From Vicugna vicugna (lineage: Eukaryota): a stretch of DNA of 64,000 nucleotides. The notes beneath the pieces are model-generated. The model searched no databases. It saw only the letters and a list, made by a program, of their open reading frames with translations, and had not been told where the DNA came from. Every line of letters starts with the position of its first letter. Within the stretch, counting starts at the first letter, position 1. The position numbers and the translations under genes are program-made. The stretch spans positions 159,902 through 223,901 of the forward strand of contig MU058532.1 of NCBI GenBank assembly GCA_013265495.1, in the 5' to 3' direction. Positions 61,985-64,000 of this stretch are shown piece after piece.

Positions 61985-64000
61985 CAAGGTCAAATATTTT
62001 CTATGAGCTATCACTGGGTTTCCTGAAGGAATGATTGTTCTTACAAACGTTTGAAATCTCATTTATGTTGAGACCGGCCTGTATACAGGGACTAGAGCAG
62101 ACGATACAAGAGAAAGGTTTTCTTCCAGGTCACAGCTAGGTTGCCCCATCTCTGCCCTCAAGTTCCCTCTCATACCGCAGGCATGAACTTTAGACAAGCA
62201 ACTGGCAACCAGGAATTCCAGGCATCTTTCATTTCTATGTGTCATCTTCATCGTGATCGTGGTGGTTTTGAAGGTGTTCACTCCAAGTATGTGGGCTTTG
62301 CTATTTGTTTGGCCTGGAATCCCTCAGAGTCTCAGCAATAATTAAGGACCTCATTAACATGGTAAGTCCCCCTTGCCATAATCCAGCATTAGAAATGATG
62401 GTCTGTCCTGGGGGAGGTGGTGGCAGGGTTCCCACTGGGGGCAATCGCTGGGCTCTGCAAAGTGACAGGCTGCGAGTGCTCTGCCTCCCCAGGGTCCTGG
62501 GGTCTTTCTCAAAAAGCACAGAATCAAACTTTGGGAACTGCGGCTGGGAAATCAGAGAGGTTCTGTTTCCCTTCATCTTGACCTGAACTGCAGAAAGGCA
62601 CAGGGAATTTAGGGCAGAGCCTGAAGTTGTCAAATGATGGATTGTCACCATATTCCAAAACAGGAATTTCTAAAGTGGGACAAAAGGGACTTCTCTGAAA
62701 ACCAAGCTCCTGCTCTGGGGTCCTCGTAAAAGTAGCTGTGCCCATGTCCTTGGGAACAGCGCTACTGACATGGTGAATTCCCCTTCTTGGACAAGTGCCA
62801 ATGAGCCCAGGCCTCCAAAGCAATTAACAAGCAAGCGCTTTTGAAGAAAATCATCCAGACTGCTCTGACCCTGCTTCCCAAACCCTGTCTGTGAGCTGAA
62901 CACCATCAGCCACTGACCTGAGCACCTGGGGGTTCTGTCCCAACCGTCGGGCTGGGGATGTCACGGGACCTCACTAATTACAACCCTCCCATCCCTGCCT
63001 CCCTGCCAGGCACACAAAGCCACCAGGTACCTTCCCTGCCCCTACAGCACCTATTTTCCTAGCCTAGCTGATGGTGTTCAGCACAGTGTTTTTTCTTCCT
63101 TGAGTTTATTATGCCATGACTGCCTTGATGGGACAGTCCTCAGTGTTCACCTTGGCTCTTCCATACCATCCTTCAGGTCTCTGGACCACGTTTCAGCATC
63201 TCACCAGCGCCTCCAGGTAGGAGGAGGGATGGAAGGCGTCCTCAGCCAGAGGCGTCCTCAACCATCTGGCTACACCACACCACACCATTGATAGACACAG
63301 AGCTCTAATATTCTGACCGGAAATAACGCGTCCTTCAATAAAGGACAACTGACCACGTGAGGCCTGGAGTCTGTCTGCCCTGGGCTGGCATTCTGGCTCA
63401 GCCACTGGCAGCAAATGCCCTCGTAGCACCAGGCCTCAGCTTCCTCTTCTTGGAGAATGAGGTAGTGAGAGTTCTGATTGCACGAGGGTTACAGGAGAAG
63501 CCAATGAAGCAGTGCTCAGGAAACACATAGCACTGGGCAGAAGGTGCTCAGTAAGTAATACCCAAGGATTTGAAGTCATTAATTCTAATTAGGCTTCCCC
63601 GTGTTAGTTGGAGTTTTCTGCACAATTTCCATGTCCTTGTCCTTACTGGTAGGTAAGGGATCGGTGTCCACCAAACACATGTGAACATCACCCAGACTGG
63701 TGTGAACATTACCCAAACTAGTCAGGGAGGAAATTCATTGTCACCATTTTCCTAAAACAGCCTAACAACCAGACAAATGGAGTTGAAAACAAATGGCATT
63801 GGTCCATCTGGAGGCCAGTCCCTCCTCCAAAAGATTCCTTTCTTGACTCTTAACATGTTGCATTTAGTCCAACACGGGCTCTGTGCACTGATTTTTGAGT
63901 AGCAATTGACTGAGTCACTGACTTACCAGAAGCTTCTCTTCCAACACAGGCCACTGAGCCCTGTGATGTCCTGCCCATGAAGTCACTCATTGCGTTAACC

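Noticed and set aside
63310..63362. CCGGAAA and CACGTG motif cluster as a promoter (also CACGTGAC at ~57428)
   Set aside because: Too few CpGs and no supporting exon structure.
63680..63721. 21-bp tandem repeat TGTGAACATCACCCAGACTGG x2
   Set aside because: Real but trivial micro-duplication with no further structure.

Overview
Mammalian genomic DNA from a draft assembly with three N gaps. It is most likely camelid, judging from two tRNA-Ala-derived SINEs with Vic-1-like structure. I recognise no intact protein-coding gene. Most of the window is ordinary interspersed repeats: L1 fragments, ERV1-type solo LTRs with 4-bp TSDs, MaLR/MER21 LTRs, MER DNA transposons and MIR. The outstanding feature is an ~8.1-kb imperfect palindrome at 12826-20935 with its axis near 16800. 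Two arrays of a 32-33-bp satellite (core CCAGTGACCCAGGC) in opposite orientation flank a ~1.06-kb CpG island that is itself an inverted repeat. The island's 88-bp central spacer carries a duplicated GC-box/ETS/CG-rich promoter module. Each arm keeps a consensus 5' splice site at a mirror position just before the satellite starts. This looks like a symmetric bidirectional promoter driving two mirror-image, probably non-coding, spliced transcripts with satellite-filled first introns; activity is inferred, not shown. Smaller structural events include an ~840-bp inversion with a 146-bp inverted breakpoint duplication, a MaLR>ERV1 LTR>SINE nest, two L1 ends in one target site, and several local duplications. 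All repeat family names are by-eye recognition, not database hits.
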